Below, piece after piece: positions 1-8,547 of a DNA stretch of 64,000 nucleotides (positions within the stretch are counted from its first letter, which is position 1; every line of letters begins with the position of its first letter). The stretch comes from Candidatus Marinacidobacterium sp. (GTDB lineage Bacteria; Acidobacteriota; Vicinamibacteria; Marinacidobacterales; Marinacidobacteraceae): the NCBI GenBank assembly GCA_965220965.1, contig OZ244852.1:1920001-1984000 (forward strand). The letters run 5' to 3'. Below the pieces are notes generated by a model. It was not told the origin of the DNA and did not search any database. It saw nothing but the letters and a program-made list of their open reading frames with translations. The position numbers were made by a program, and so were the translations under genes.

Positions 1-282
1 ACCAGCCGGTCGGGCGTCTTCCGGAAACGCGTCGCGGAGTCTTCCATTCGCTGACTCCGGGGACGCGGCTCTCCCGGCGACCCGGCCGCGACCATCAGCG
101 CGCCCGGCGCCCGCCAGGCTCTTCGCTCCAGTCCGTTTGGCGGATTCACGAGAGGACGCGGAGGGCGCCGGGGCGCTCATCCGGCTCGTCCCGCCATGGA
201 GGCGCGCCGCTCTCCACGCGCATCGGCGGACTCCGCCGTCCGGGGTCCGCGGCGCCCCTTCCCCCGCTCCAGGAACTCCCCC

Positions 283-1302
283 GTGATCTCCTCCCTCCTC
301 GAAGACCTCCTCGCTGGAACCGCGCCTGACCCGAAGGCGCTCGAAAGCGCGCTCCACCGCATCCTCGGCGGCGAGGCCGACCTCGCCCAGACCGCGGGTC
401 TGCTCGTCGCGCTGCGGGTCCGCGAACCCGACGCGCCGACCCTCGCCGCCTGCGCCCGCGCCATGCGGCTCCACCGCAAGGCGGTGAACTCGCAGGTTCG
501 CCCGCTGGTCGACACCTGCGGCACCGGCGGCGACCGGAGCGGCACGTTCAACATCTCGACCGCCGCCGCGCTGGTGGTGGCCGCCGCCGGCGGGGCCGTC
601 GCCAAGCACGGCAACCGGAGCGCCTCGTCGCTGACCGGCAGCGCGGATGTGCTCGAAGCCTGCGGGGCCCAGCTTCATCTGGAACCCGGGCAGGCGACCC
701 GCATCCTCGACGCCACCGGCTTCGTGTTCCTCTTCGCTCCCGCCTTCCACCCGGCGGTGGCGCACGTGGGGCCCGCCCGCCGCTCGCTCGGGATCCGCAC
801 GCTGTTCAACGTGCTGGGCCCGCTGGCGAACCCGGCCCTCGCCGAACACCAGCTCATCGGCGTCTACGACCCGGATCTCACCGAGACAGTGGCGCTGGCG
901 CTCGCCGAACTGGGCTCCACGGCGGCGCTCGTCGTCCACTGCGACGGGCTCGACGAGATCGGCCTCCACGCGGCCACGCGGGGCCACCAGCTCGCGGGCG
1001 GCGAAGTGCGTCCGGTCGAAATCCGGATCGGGGAGCTCGGGCTCTCGCCGGCGCCCATCTCCGACCTGAAGGGAGGCGGGAACGGCGAGAACGCCGCCAT
1101 CCTGCGAGCCGTGCTCTCGGGCGATGACAAGGGTCCGAAGCGCGATGTGGTCGCGGCGAACGCCGGAGCGGCGATGACCGTCGCCGGGCTGGCCGACGAT
1201 CTCCCGGCGGGGGTGGCCATGGCGCTCGAGGTCCTGGCTTCCGGCCGCGCGCTGCGCACGCTGGACCGTTACGTCGAGACGAGCCTGCGCGTGACGCAGT
1301 GA
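283..1302 (+). CDS. trpD: Anthranilate phosphoribosyltransferase
   Basis: DTCGTGGD..TFNISTAAA, KHGNRSASS.TGSADVLE, RTLFNVLGPLANP and DGLDEI motifs. GTG at 283 follows AGGAA; the ORF track starts at ATG 196. Confidence 0.95.
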   Translation: MISSLLEDLLAGTAPDPKALESALHRILGGEADLAQTAGLLVALRVREPDAPTLAACARAMRLHRKAVNSQVRPLVDTCGTGGDRSGTFNISTAAALVVAAAGGAVAKHGNRSASSLTGSADVLEACGAQLHLEPGQATRILDATGFVFLFAPAFHPAVAHVGPARRSLGIRTLFNVLGPLANPALAEHQLIGVYDPDLTETVALALAELGSTAALVVHCDGLDEIGLHAATRGHQLAGGEVRPVEIRIGELGLSPAPISDLKGGGNGENAAILRAVLSGDDKGPKRDVVAANAGAAMTVAGLADDLPAGVAMALEVLASGRALRTLDRYVETSLRVTQ

Positions 1303-1330
1303 CCGCACTCCGAAGGGGCCCCTTCCGACC

Positions 1331-2134
1331 GTGAGGGCGGCCGGTTCCGAGCGGGCGGGAGGCGGAGTCCTCGACGCTCTCACCCGATCCGCGGAGGCGC
1401 GCGCCGCCCGGCTGGCGGAGCGCCCCCTCCGGCCCACCGGGCGCCCCGTCTCCCGGCCGCCATTCCGCGAGGCGCTCCGGGGCCGCGGCGCGCTCTCGGT
1501 GATCGCCGAATTCAAGCGGCGAAGCCCAAGCGCCGGGATGATCCGCGAGGACGACCCCGCGGGTCGCGCCCGCGCCTACCGGGACGCCGGCGCCTCGGCG
1601 CTGTCCGTCCTCACCGAGCCGGATTCCTTCGGGGGCTCGTTCGAGGATCTCACCGCGGCCGCCGAAGCGTCCGGCCTTCCGGTGCTGATGAAGGACTTCG
1701 TGGTCCATCCGGCGCAGATCCGCGCCGGATGGGCCGCCGGCGCCTCGGCGGTGCTTCTGATCGTGCGCTGTCTGGACGACCGGCGACTCCGCGAGCTGCA
1801 CGGCGAGGCCCGGGCGCTCGGACTCGACACGCTCGTCGAAGTCCACGACGCCGCCGAACTGGACCGGGCGCTCGCCCTCGAGGGAGCGGTCATCGGAGTC
1901 AACAACCGGGACCTCGACACGCTCACCACGGATCGCCGCCGGGCGGCCGGGCTGCTCCCGACCGTCCCGCCGGACCGGGTGGCGGTTGCGGAGAGCGGCT
2001 ACCTTGAGCCGGCGCATCTCGCCGAGCTTCGCGGTCTGGCCGACGCCGTCCTGATCGGATCGGCGCTGATGCGCGCGGCGGATCCGGCGCCGTTCCTCAA
2101 GGCGGCGACGGGGAGCGGCCCTTCCGCGACCTGA
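1331..2134 (+). CDS. trpC: Indole-3-glycerol-phosphate synthase
   Basis: VIAEFKRRSPSAG, LSVLTEPDSFGGS, KDF, LVEVHD, IGVNNRDL and VAESG motifs; position in trp operon. Confidence 0.95.
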   Translation: MRAAGSERAGGGVLDALTRSAEARAARLAERPLRPTGRPVSRPPFREALRGRGALSVIAEFKRRSPSAGMIREDDPAGRARAYRDAGASALSVLTEPDSFGGSFEDLTAAAEASGLPVLMKDFVVHPAQIRAGWAAGASAVLLIVRCLDDRRLRELHGEARALGLDTLVEVHDAAELDRALALEGAVIGVNNRDLDTLTTDRRRAAGLLPTVPPDRVAVAESGYLEPAHLAELRGLADAVLIGSALMRAADPAPFLKAATGSGPSAT

Positions 2135-2802
2135 TGGCGACAGCGCATCGCGAAGGCGTCTCGCAGGACCCCCTTCCGCCCATGGAAGTCAAGATCTGCG
2201 GTCTGCTCCGGCCGGAAGACGCCCGGCTGGCGGTGCGGCTGGGAGCGGGCTGGATCGGGATCGTGCGCGCCCCCGACTCGCCGCGCTCGGCGAGCCTCGA
2301 CCAGGCGCGCCGCGTCATCGAGGCCGCGGTCTCCGAGAACGGGAGCGTGCGGCCGGTGCTGGCCACCGGACGACGCACCCGCGCCGAAGTGGCGGCTGAC
2401 GCCAGGGCGCTCGGCATCCGGCGGGTCCAGCCGCACGGGCTGTCCGAGGCCGGGGTTCGGGCCCTGGTCTCCGAGGGACTCATCGTCCACCGGGTGGTCC
2501 CGGTTCCGGAGACCGCCGGGCGTCTCCCGTCGTTCCGGGCCCCCACCGGATCGGACGGTCCCCTCGTCTTCGATGTGGGCGGCGGAGGCAGCGGCCGTTC
2601 GTTCGACTGGCGCATCCTGGGCGACGCCGCCCCGCCCCGGGTCTTCATCGCCGGCGGGCTCCGTCCCGAAAACGTGGGCCGGCTCCTGCCGTTCCGGCCG
2701 TGGGGAGTCGATGTCTCGAGCGGCGTGGAGGCGTCCCCGGGCGTCAAGGACGGCGCGCGGATGCGCTCCTTCTTCGAGCGGCTGGAGGGCGCGCCGCGAT
2801 GA
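2134..2802 (+). CDS. trpF: Phosphoribosylanthranilate isomerase
   Basis: VKICGL, GGSGRSFDW, IAGGLRPENV and GVDVSSGVE..PGVKD motifs. TGATG overlap with trpC; alternative start at 2182. Confidence 0.93.
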   Translation: MATAHREGVSQDPLPPMEVKICGLLRPEDARLAVRLGAGWIGIVRAPDSPRSASLDQARRVIEAAVSENGSVRPVLATGRRTRAEVAADARALGIRRVQPHGLSEAGVRALVSEGLIVHRVVPVPETAGRLPSFRAPTGSDGPLVFDVGGGGSGRSFDWRILGDAAPPRVFIAGGLRPENVGRLLPFRPWGVDVSSGVEASPGVKDGARMRSFFERLEGAPR

Positions 2803-4001
2803 CCGGACCGCGGCTGGGCCGCTTCGGCGACTTCGGTGGCCGCTTCGCCCCCGAACTGCTGACCCCCGCGCTGGAGGAGCTGGAGGCGGGCCGCCGGGAG
2901 ATCGTCCCCACCCGCCGCTTCCGGGAGGAACTCGATCGCGACGCCGCCGACTGGGTGGGACGCCCGACGCCGCTGACCCCGGTTCCCCGCTTCGGGGAGC
3001 GCGCCGGCCTCGAGGTCGTGTTCAAGCGCGAGGATCTGCTCCACGGAGGCGCGCACAAGGCCAACAACGTGCTCGGGCAGGCGCTGCTGGCGCGCCACAT
3101 GGGAAAGCGGCGGCTGATCGCCGAGACCGGCGCCGGGCAGCACGGCGTCGCCACCGCGATGATCGCCGCCCGTTTCGGGATGGAGGCGGTCATCTACATG
3201 GGCGCGAAGGACATGGCCCGGCAGGCGCCCAACGTGAAGCGCATGGAGCTTTGCGGCGCCCGCGTCGTGGCGGTGGACACCGGCGCCCGGACGCTCAAGG
3301 ACGCGATCAACGAGGCGCTCCGCGACTGGATCGGCAGTCTGGAGACGACGCACTACCTGCTGGGGACGGCGGCGGGGCCCCACCCGTTCCCCCGGCTGGT
3401 GCGCGACTTCCAGGCGGTCATCGGCCGGGAGGCGAAGCGGCAGTGGAGGCGGCGCTTCGGAGGGTCGCCGGACGCGGTCGTCGCCTGCGTGGGCGGCGGA
3501 AGCAACGCCATCGGCATCTTCCACGCCTTCGTCCGGGACGACGCGGTCCAGCTCATCGGGGTCGAACCGGGGGGAGCAGGGCTCGCAACCGGGCGCCACG
3601 GGGCGACCCTGGTCGCCGGAACGCCGGGGCTCCTCCACGGCGCGCGCACGATGATCCTCCAGGACTCGGAGGGACAGATCCTCGAGCCCCACAGCATCTC
3701 CGCCGGGCTCGACTATCCGGGCGTCGGCCCGGAGCACGCCGCGCTCCAGGCCTCGGGGCGGGCCCGCTACGTGGCCGCCACCGACGAGGAGGCGCTCGCC
3801 GCGTTCGAGGCGCTGTGCGTCGACGAGGGGATCGTGCCCGCCCTCGAGCCGTCCCACGCGCTGGCGTTCGTGCTGCGCGCCGTCCGCCTGGGCGAACTCG
3901 CCGCCGGATCCCGGGTCCTCCTGAACCTGTGCGGCCGGGGCGACAAGGACCTCGAGACGTGGTTCGGCCTGGGCCGGCCTCCGGCGAAGGCGCACCGGTG
4001 A
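2799..4001 (+). CDS. trpB: Tryptophan synthase beta chain
   Basis: GRFGDFGGRF, KREDLLHGGAHKANN (PLP Lys), AETGAGQHG, CVGGGSNA, HSISAGLDYPGVGPEH and GRGDKD motifs; ATGA overlap with trpF. Confidence 0.97.
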   Translation: MTGPRLGRFGDFGGRFAPELLTPALEELEAGRREIVPTRRFREELDRDAADWVGRPTPLTPVPRFGERAGLEVVFKREDLLHGGAHKANNVLGQALLARHMGKRRLIAETGAGQHGVATAMIAARFGMEAVIYMGAKDMARQAPNVKRMELCGARVVAVDTGARTLKDAINEALRDWIGSLETTHYLLGTAAGPHPFPRLVRDFQAVIGREAKRQWRRRFGGSPDAVVACVGGGSNAIGIFHAFVRDDAVQLIGVEPGGAGLATGRHGATLVAGTPGLLHGARTMILQDSEGQILEPHSISAGLDYPGVGPEHAALQASGRARYVAATDEEALAAFEALCVDEGIVPALEPSHALAFVLRAVRLGELAAGSRVLLNLCGRGDKDLETWFGLGRPPAKAHR

Positions 4002-4828
4002 GTCTGCGATCGCTGCGCGCCGGCCTGGCTCACCGGGCCGATGGGTCTGGCGCCCTGTCGCCCTTCCTGGTGCTGGGAGACCCGACGCCCGCCCTGACCC
4101 CCGAGCTGGCGCGGGCGGCGGTGCGCGGGGGCGCCGGAATGCTGGAGATCGGCTTTCCCTATTCGGATCCGGTCGCGGACGGGCCCGCGATCCAGGCGGC
4201 GGCCGAGCGGGCGCTGGCGGCGGGGGTCTCCACCCGCGCCGGGTTCGGCGTGCTCGCCGCCGTCGCGGCCGCCTGCCCCGGAACGCCGCTGAACCTGCTG
4301 GTCTACGGGAATCTGGTCCACCGCGCGGGCTACGATGCCTTCGCCGCCGAGGCGGCGCAGGCCGGCGCCTCGTCGCTGCTCGTTCCGGACATCCCGTTCG
4401 AGGAAGCGGGGCCGCTGCGGCGGGCGTGTCGCCGGGCGGGGATCGGACACGTGGAACTCGCTGGCCCACTCACCCCCGCCGGGCGACTGCGCCGGCTCGG
4501 CGCGGCGTCGGAGTTCGTCTACCTCGCCGGCTTCCAGGGAGTGACCGGCGTGCGGCGCGCCGGTTTCGATCCGGTGCTCGACAAGGTTCGCGAAGCGGCC
4601 GCGGCGCTCGGGGAGCCGGGCGCTCCGCTCTGCCTCGGGTTCGGTCTCTCGAGCCGCGAGCAGGTGGAGGGAGCGTTCTCGGCGGGGGCGCGGATCGCGG
4701 TCGTGGGCAGCCATCTGGCCACCGTCGTCGAGCGCCTCTACCGGGGTCCGGGAGACGAAGAGGCGCTGTGCGCCGGCTTCGAGGATGCGGTGCGGCGCCT
4801 CGCCGGGCCGCGCCCGGCAGGAGCCTGA
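3998..4828 (+). CDS. trpA: Tryptophan synthase alpha chain
   Basis: C-terminal part of ORF 2573..4828: GDP, LEIGFPYSDPVADGPAIQ, GVTG, GFG, VVGS; GTGA overlap with the trpB stop. Confidence 0.95.
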   Translation: MSLRSLRAGLAHRADGSGALSPFLVLGDPTPALTPELARAAVRGGAGMLEIGFPYSDPVADGPAIQAAAERALAAGVSTRAGFGVLAAVAAACPGTPLNLLVYGNLVHRAGYDAFAAEAAQAGASSLLVPDIPFEEAGPLRRACRRAGIGHVELAGPLTPAGRLRRLGAASEFVYLAGFQGVTGVRRAGFDPVLDKVREAAAALGEPGAPLCLGFGLSSREQVEGAFSAGARIAVVGSHLATVVERLYRGPGDEEALCAGFEDAVRRLAGPRPAGA

Positions 4829-4837
4829 ATCCGGGTC

Positions 4838-5851
4838 ATGCTGATCATCATGAAGCCCGCCCCCACCGAGGGGCAGTGCGCCCGCGTCGAGGAAGCGGTG
4901 CACGCGATGGGGTTCACTCCGCTGCGCGTGCCCGGCGCCGAGGGCCGGACGGCCATCTGCGTGACCGGGAACCGCGGCCCGGTGGACGACTCGCTCATCT
5001 CCCGTCTGCCGGGGGTGGCGCGGTGCATCCGGGTGACGCGGCCCTACAAGCTGGTGAGCCGCGAGGTGCACCCCGGGAACAGCGTCGTTCCGATCGCCGG
5101 GGTTCCCATCGGAGGACCCGCGCCGGTGGTGATCGCCGGCCCCGGCAGCGTGGAGACGGAGGCCCGCACGCTGGAGGTGGCGCGCGCCGTCCGGGACGCC
5201 GGCGCGCAGGTGTTCCGGGCGCGGCTGTGGACCGAAGCGGTCCGCCCTTACGAGTTCGCCGGGGTGGGGGACGAAGGACTCCACACGCTGGCGCGGGTCC
5301 GCGAAGAGACCGGCCTGCCGGTCGTGACCGGGATCGTGGACCCGCGATCGGCGCCACAGGTGGCCGAGGTCGTGGATGCGGTCCAGATCGCCGCCCGCCA
5401 CATGGAAAACGAGGCCCTCCTCGAGGTGGCCGCCGGCCTTCCCTGCCCGGTGTTCGTGGAGCGGGGGCCGTGGGCCACCGTCGAGGAGTGGCTGCTCGCC
5501 GCCGAGTCGCTTCTCTCCCGCCAGAAGCGGGACGTGATCCTGTGCGAGCGGGGCGTCCGCAGCGGCCTCGAACGCCGCACCCTGCTGGACCTCCACTCGG
5601 TGCCCGTCGTCCGCCAGACATCGCACCTCCCGGTCGTGGTGGATCCCTCGCGGGCCGTGGCCGAACGCAGCCGCATCCGGCCGCTCTCGCGCGCGGCGCT
5701 CGCCGCCGGCGCCGCCGGCCTGATGATCGAGGTCCATAACCGTCCCGACACCGCCTACACCGACCCCGCCCAGACCGTGGACATCCCGACCCTCGAGGGG
5801 ATCTTCCGGGATCTCGAGGTCTCGGCGGGCTTCGAAGCGCTCGACTCCTGA
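4838..5851 (+). CDS. DAHP synthase type I-beta homologue with N-terminal ACT-like domain; catalytic motifs degenerate (probable pseudoenzyme)
   Basis: PYKLVSRE, IAGPxSVE, EEWLLAAE, ILCERG, HLPVVVDPS and GLMIEVH match AroF-type enzymes, but GPCS->GPGS, KPRT->TEAV and DPSH->DPSR. Confidence 0.85.
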   Translation: MLIIMKPAPTEGQCARVEEAVHAMGFTPLRVPGAEGRTAICVTGNRGPVDDSLISRLPGVARCIRVTRPYKLVSREVHPGNSVVPIAGVPIGGPAPVVIAGPGSVETEARTLEVARAVRDAGAQVFRARLWTEAVRPYEFAGVGDEGLHTLARVREETGLPVVTGIVDPRSAPQVAEVVDAVQIAARHMENEALLEVAAGLPCPVFVERGPWATVEEWLLAAESLLSRQKRDVILCERGVRSGLERRTLLDLHSVPVVRQTSHLPVVVDPSRAVAERSRIRPLSRAALAAGAAGLMIEVHNRPDTAYTDPAQTVDIPTLEGIFRDLEVSAGFEALDS

Positions 5852-5854
5852 CTC

Positions 5855-6805
5855 ATGTCCGAACCAAGCCTTTCCAGTTCCCCACCTCCCGAAGAAGACT
5901 CCGTCGCTTCAGAGGAGTCCGTCACCTCCCCCGAGCCGGCCGATGCGGTCCCGGTCTCCTTCGGGCGGACCCTGCTCCAGTTCTTCGTCATACCCATGGC
6001 GGTCGTCGCGCTGGGCGTCGGCATCTTCCTGGGATTCGCCTGGCTGGTCTCCGACGACGCCACCCCGCAGGACTTCCTGCAGCAGATCCGCGCCGGCGGC
6101 GCCCACCAGAAGCGGCAGGCGGCGTTCGAACTGGCGAACCGGATCCAGCACGGCGATCCGGAGGACTTCGCCGCTCTCGGGCCCGAGCTGGCCCGGACCT
6201 TCGATGACTTCGAGGGCTCCCCGGACGCGTTCGTGCGGCAGTACCTGGCGCTCGCTCTCGGCGCGCTGGCCGAGCCCTCCGCCGCCGCCTCGCTGGTCGG
6301 CGCGCTGGAGGATCCGGACGAGACGGTGCGGGTCTACGCCGCCTGGGCGCTTGGCGCGATCGGGGGAACACTGGCGGTGGAGGCGCTCGCCGCCGCCAGC
6401 CGGGCCGAGGACGCCGGCGTCCGGACGATGGCGGTCTACGGACTCGGGGCGATCGGCGACGCCGGAGGGACCGAGGCGCTGCGCCGCGCCGTCGAGGATC
6501 CGGTTCTGGACGTGCGGGTGAACGCGGTCGTGGCCCTCGCCCGGATCGGCGATCCGGGGGCCGAGGAGCAGCTCCTCGGGATGCTGGAGCCGGCGTGGTG
6601 GGACACCGTCCCGGGCATGCTCCCGGGAGAACGCACGCTGGGCCGCCTCTCCGCCGTCCAGGCCGCGGGAATCCTGAACTCCCCCGCCGTCCGCGAGCAG
6701 CTCGCCCGGGTCGGAGCGGAGGACCCCAATCTGCGAGTGCGCGAGGCCGCGCTGTCAGCGCTGGATCGCGAGCCGGGGGCTCCCACCGCACCCGCGCCCC
6801 GGTGA
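5855..6805 (+). CDS. Membrane-anchored HEAT-repeat (PBS lyase-like) protein
   Basis: One hydrophobic helix (FFVIPMAVVALGVGIFLGFAWLV) followed by repeated D.D..VR..A..ALG.IG units. Confidence 0.85.
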   Translation: MSEPSLSSSPPPEEDSVASEESVTSPEPADAVPVSFGRTLLQFFVIPMAVVALGVGIFLGFAWLVSDDATPQDFLQQIRAGGAHQKRQAAFELANRIQHGDPEDFAALGPELARTFDDFEGSPDAFVRQYLALALGALAEPSAAASLVGALEDPDETVRVYAAWALGAIGGTLAVEALAAASRAEDAGVRTMAVYGLGAIGDAGGTEALRRAVEDPVLDVRVNAVVALARIGDPGAEEQLLGMLEPAWWDTVPGMLPGERTLGRLSAVQAAGILNSPAVREQLARVGAEDPNLRVREAALSALDREPGAPTAPAPR

Positions 6806-6930
6806 CGAACGGCTGGAAGAAAGACGTTCCCGGTCGGCGCCCTCCCCGCAGTTCCCGCGCGCGGCCCGGGGAGTTGCGCGACCCGCTCGTCCGCCTCGCG
6901 GCCGGGGGTTCTCCCGGGGACAGACTTCGC

Positions 6931-6936
6931 TAGAAT
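6931..6936 (+). promoter_or_regulatory. Putative -10 box (TAGAAT) for the bc-complex/oxidase cluster
   Basis: TAGAAT in the intergenic gap, 35 nt before the Rieske ATG. Confidence 0.4.
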
Positions 6937-6971
6937 CGTCGCTGACTTCGACCTCTCAACCCATCGGATTC

Positions 6972-7652
6972 ATGCCTGACACCCCTCAGTCCCGCCCCGC
7001 CGGGGCGCCCCGGCCCGCCGAGCCGGGCGCGACGAAGGAGGGCGGCGGCGCGGACGCCAAGGCGGCGCCCGCCGCCAAGCCCACCCCCCGGAAACCGGCG
7101 TCTCCCCGGCCAACACCCGCCGCCCGCGCCGGAGGCCCGGCGCGCGGGGGCGCCAAGCCGGGCGCCAAGGTCAGCCGACGCGAATTCCCGTACCTGGCGC
7201 TGGGCTGGAGCATGTTCACGGCCGCGATGGCGGTCGGATTGACGACGGTGGGCCGCTTTCTGTTCCCCAACGTCCTGACCGAGCCCCCCTCGACCTTCAC
7301 CGCCGGCTTCCCCTCCGACTTCGCGATCGGGGTCGTGGACACCCGCTTCAAGGAGCGGTACCAGGTCTGGATCGTGCGGGACGAGGAGAAGATCTACGCG
7401 CTGTCGACGATCTGCACGCACCTCGGGTGCACTCCGAACTGGCTCGAGACCGAGCGCAAGTTCAAGTGCCCCTGTCACGGCAGCGGGTTCTACGCGACCG
7501 GGATCAACTTCGAGGGGCCCGCTCCCCGTCCGCTGGAACGGGTGGGAGTGAGCCTCGCCGAGGATGGGCAGCTCCTGATCGACAAGGCCCGCCTGTTCAA
7601 GTTCGAAGCGGGCCAGTGGGAGGACTCGGCGTCCTTCCTGCCGATGACCTGA
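6972..7652 (+). CDS. Rieske 2Fe-2S subunit of a cytochrome bc/b6-type complex
   Basis: CTHLGC and CPCHGS boxes, GPAPRPL, Tat-like SRREF followed by a TM helix. Confidence 0.95.
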   Translation: MPDTPQSRPAGAPRPAEPGATKEGGGADAKAAPAAKPTPRKPASPRPTPAARAGGPARGGAKPGAKVSRREFPYLALGWSMFTAAMAVGLTTVGRFLFPNVLTEPPSTFTAGFPSDFAIGVVDTRFKERYQVWIVRDEEKIYALSTICTHLGCTPNWLETERKFKCPCHGSGFYATGINFEGPAPRPLERVGVSLAEDGQLLIDKARLFKFEAGQWEDSASFLPMT

Positions 7653-7695
7653 GCCCCACTCACCGGAAACCTCCCACCGAAAAGGCGAGCCCTCT

Positions 7696-8496
7696 GTGCT
7701 GAACAGGATTCTCGACCCCCTGCGCGGGGCCTGGAAGGAAGCGACCGACTCCCAGGTCTGGTCGTCCGTATTCCGCCACGGCAAACCGGTCAGCAACCGG
7801 AACCGGGCGCTGGTGATGATGAGCAATGTGTTCCTCCACCTGCACCCCATCAAGTCGCGGAAAGCCGGCATCAAGCTCCGCTACACCTGGTGCATGGGCG
7901 GGATCACGTTCTTCCTGTTCCTGGTCCTGACCTTCACCGGTCTGCTCCTGATGTTCTACTACCGGCCCACGGTGGAGTACGCGTACGCGGACATCGTGGA
8001 CCTTCAGGAGCACGTGCCGCTCGGGATCATGCGGGAGCTTCACCGGTGGGGCGCTCACGCCATGGTGATCACGGTGTGGCTCCACATGCTGCGGGTCTTC
8101 ATGACCGGCTCCTACAAGCCGCCGCGCGAATTCAACTGGGCGATCGGCGTGATCCTGCTCGTGCTCACGCTGCTGCTGTCGTTCACCGGCTACCTGCTCC
8201 CCTGGGACCAGTTGGCGATCTGGGCGATCGCGGTCGGCTCCAACATGGCGCGCGCGACGCCCCTGCTGGGCACCGAGGGACCGCTTTCGGCGTCGCTCAC
8301 CCTGGGGGACATCGCCCTGGTGAACTCGGGCAACGACGCCCGCTTCGCGCTCCTCGGGGCGCGGTCGGTCGGTCAGCCCACGCTCCTGCGCTTCTACGTG
8401 CTCCACTGCGTTGGCCTTCCCCTCGGGGCCGCATTCCTCATGGCGGTCCATTTCTGGCGGGTTCGCAAGGATGGAGGAATCTCGGGACCCATGTAG
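7696..8496 (+). CDS. Cytochrome b6-like N-terminal cytochrome b subunit
   Basis: WCMGGITF (heme ci Cys position), [32 protein letters not shown]-x14-H, ends GISGPM. Confidence 0.93.
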   Translation: MLNRILDPLRGAWKEATDSQVWSSVFRHGKPVSNRNRALVMMSNVFLHLHPIKSRKAGIKLRYTWCMGGITFFLFLVLTFTGLLLMFYYRPTVEYAYADIVDLQEHVPLGIMRELHRWGAHAMVITVWLHMLRVFMTGSYKPPREFNWAIGVILLVLTLLLSFTGYLLPWDQLAIWAIAVGSNMARATPLLGTEGPLSASLTLGDIALVNSGNDARFALLGARSVGQPTLLRFYVLHCVGLPLGAAFLMAVHFWRVRKDGGISGPM

Positions 8497-8547
8497 GTCC
8501 GGGGCTCCCTTGCACACTCCCCGACGCCTGACCACGGACGGAAAACA

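Noticed and set aside
55-282. T-box or ribosome-mediated trp attenuator
   Set aside because: No UGGNACC antiterminator bulge, no leader peptide with tandem Trp codons and no U-tailed terminator.
2573-4828. 751-aa fusion ending in TrpA (and similarly the 679-aa ORF ending in PyrF)
   Set aside because: The upstream portions are off-frame readings of trpF/trpB (and pyrK/pyrD); GTGA overlaps give the conventional starts.
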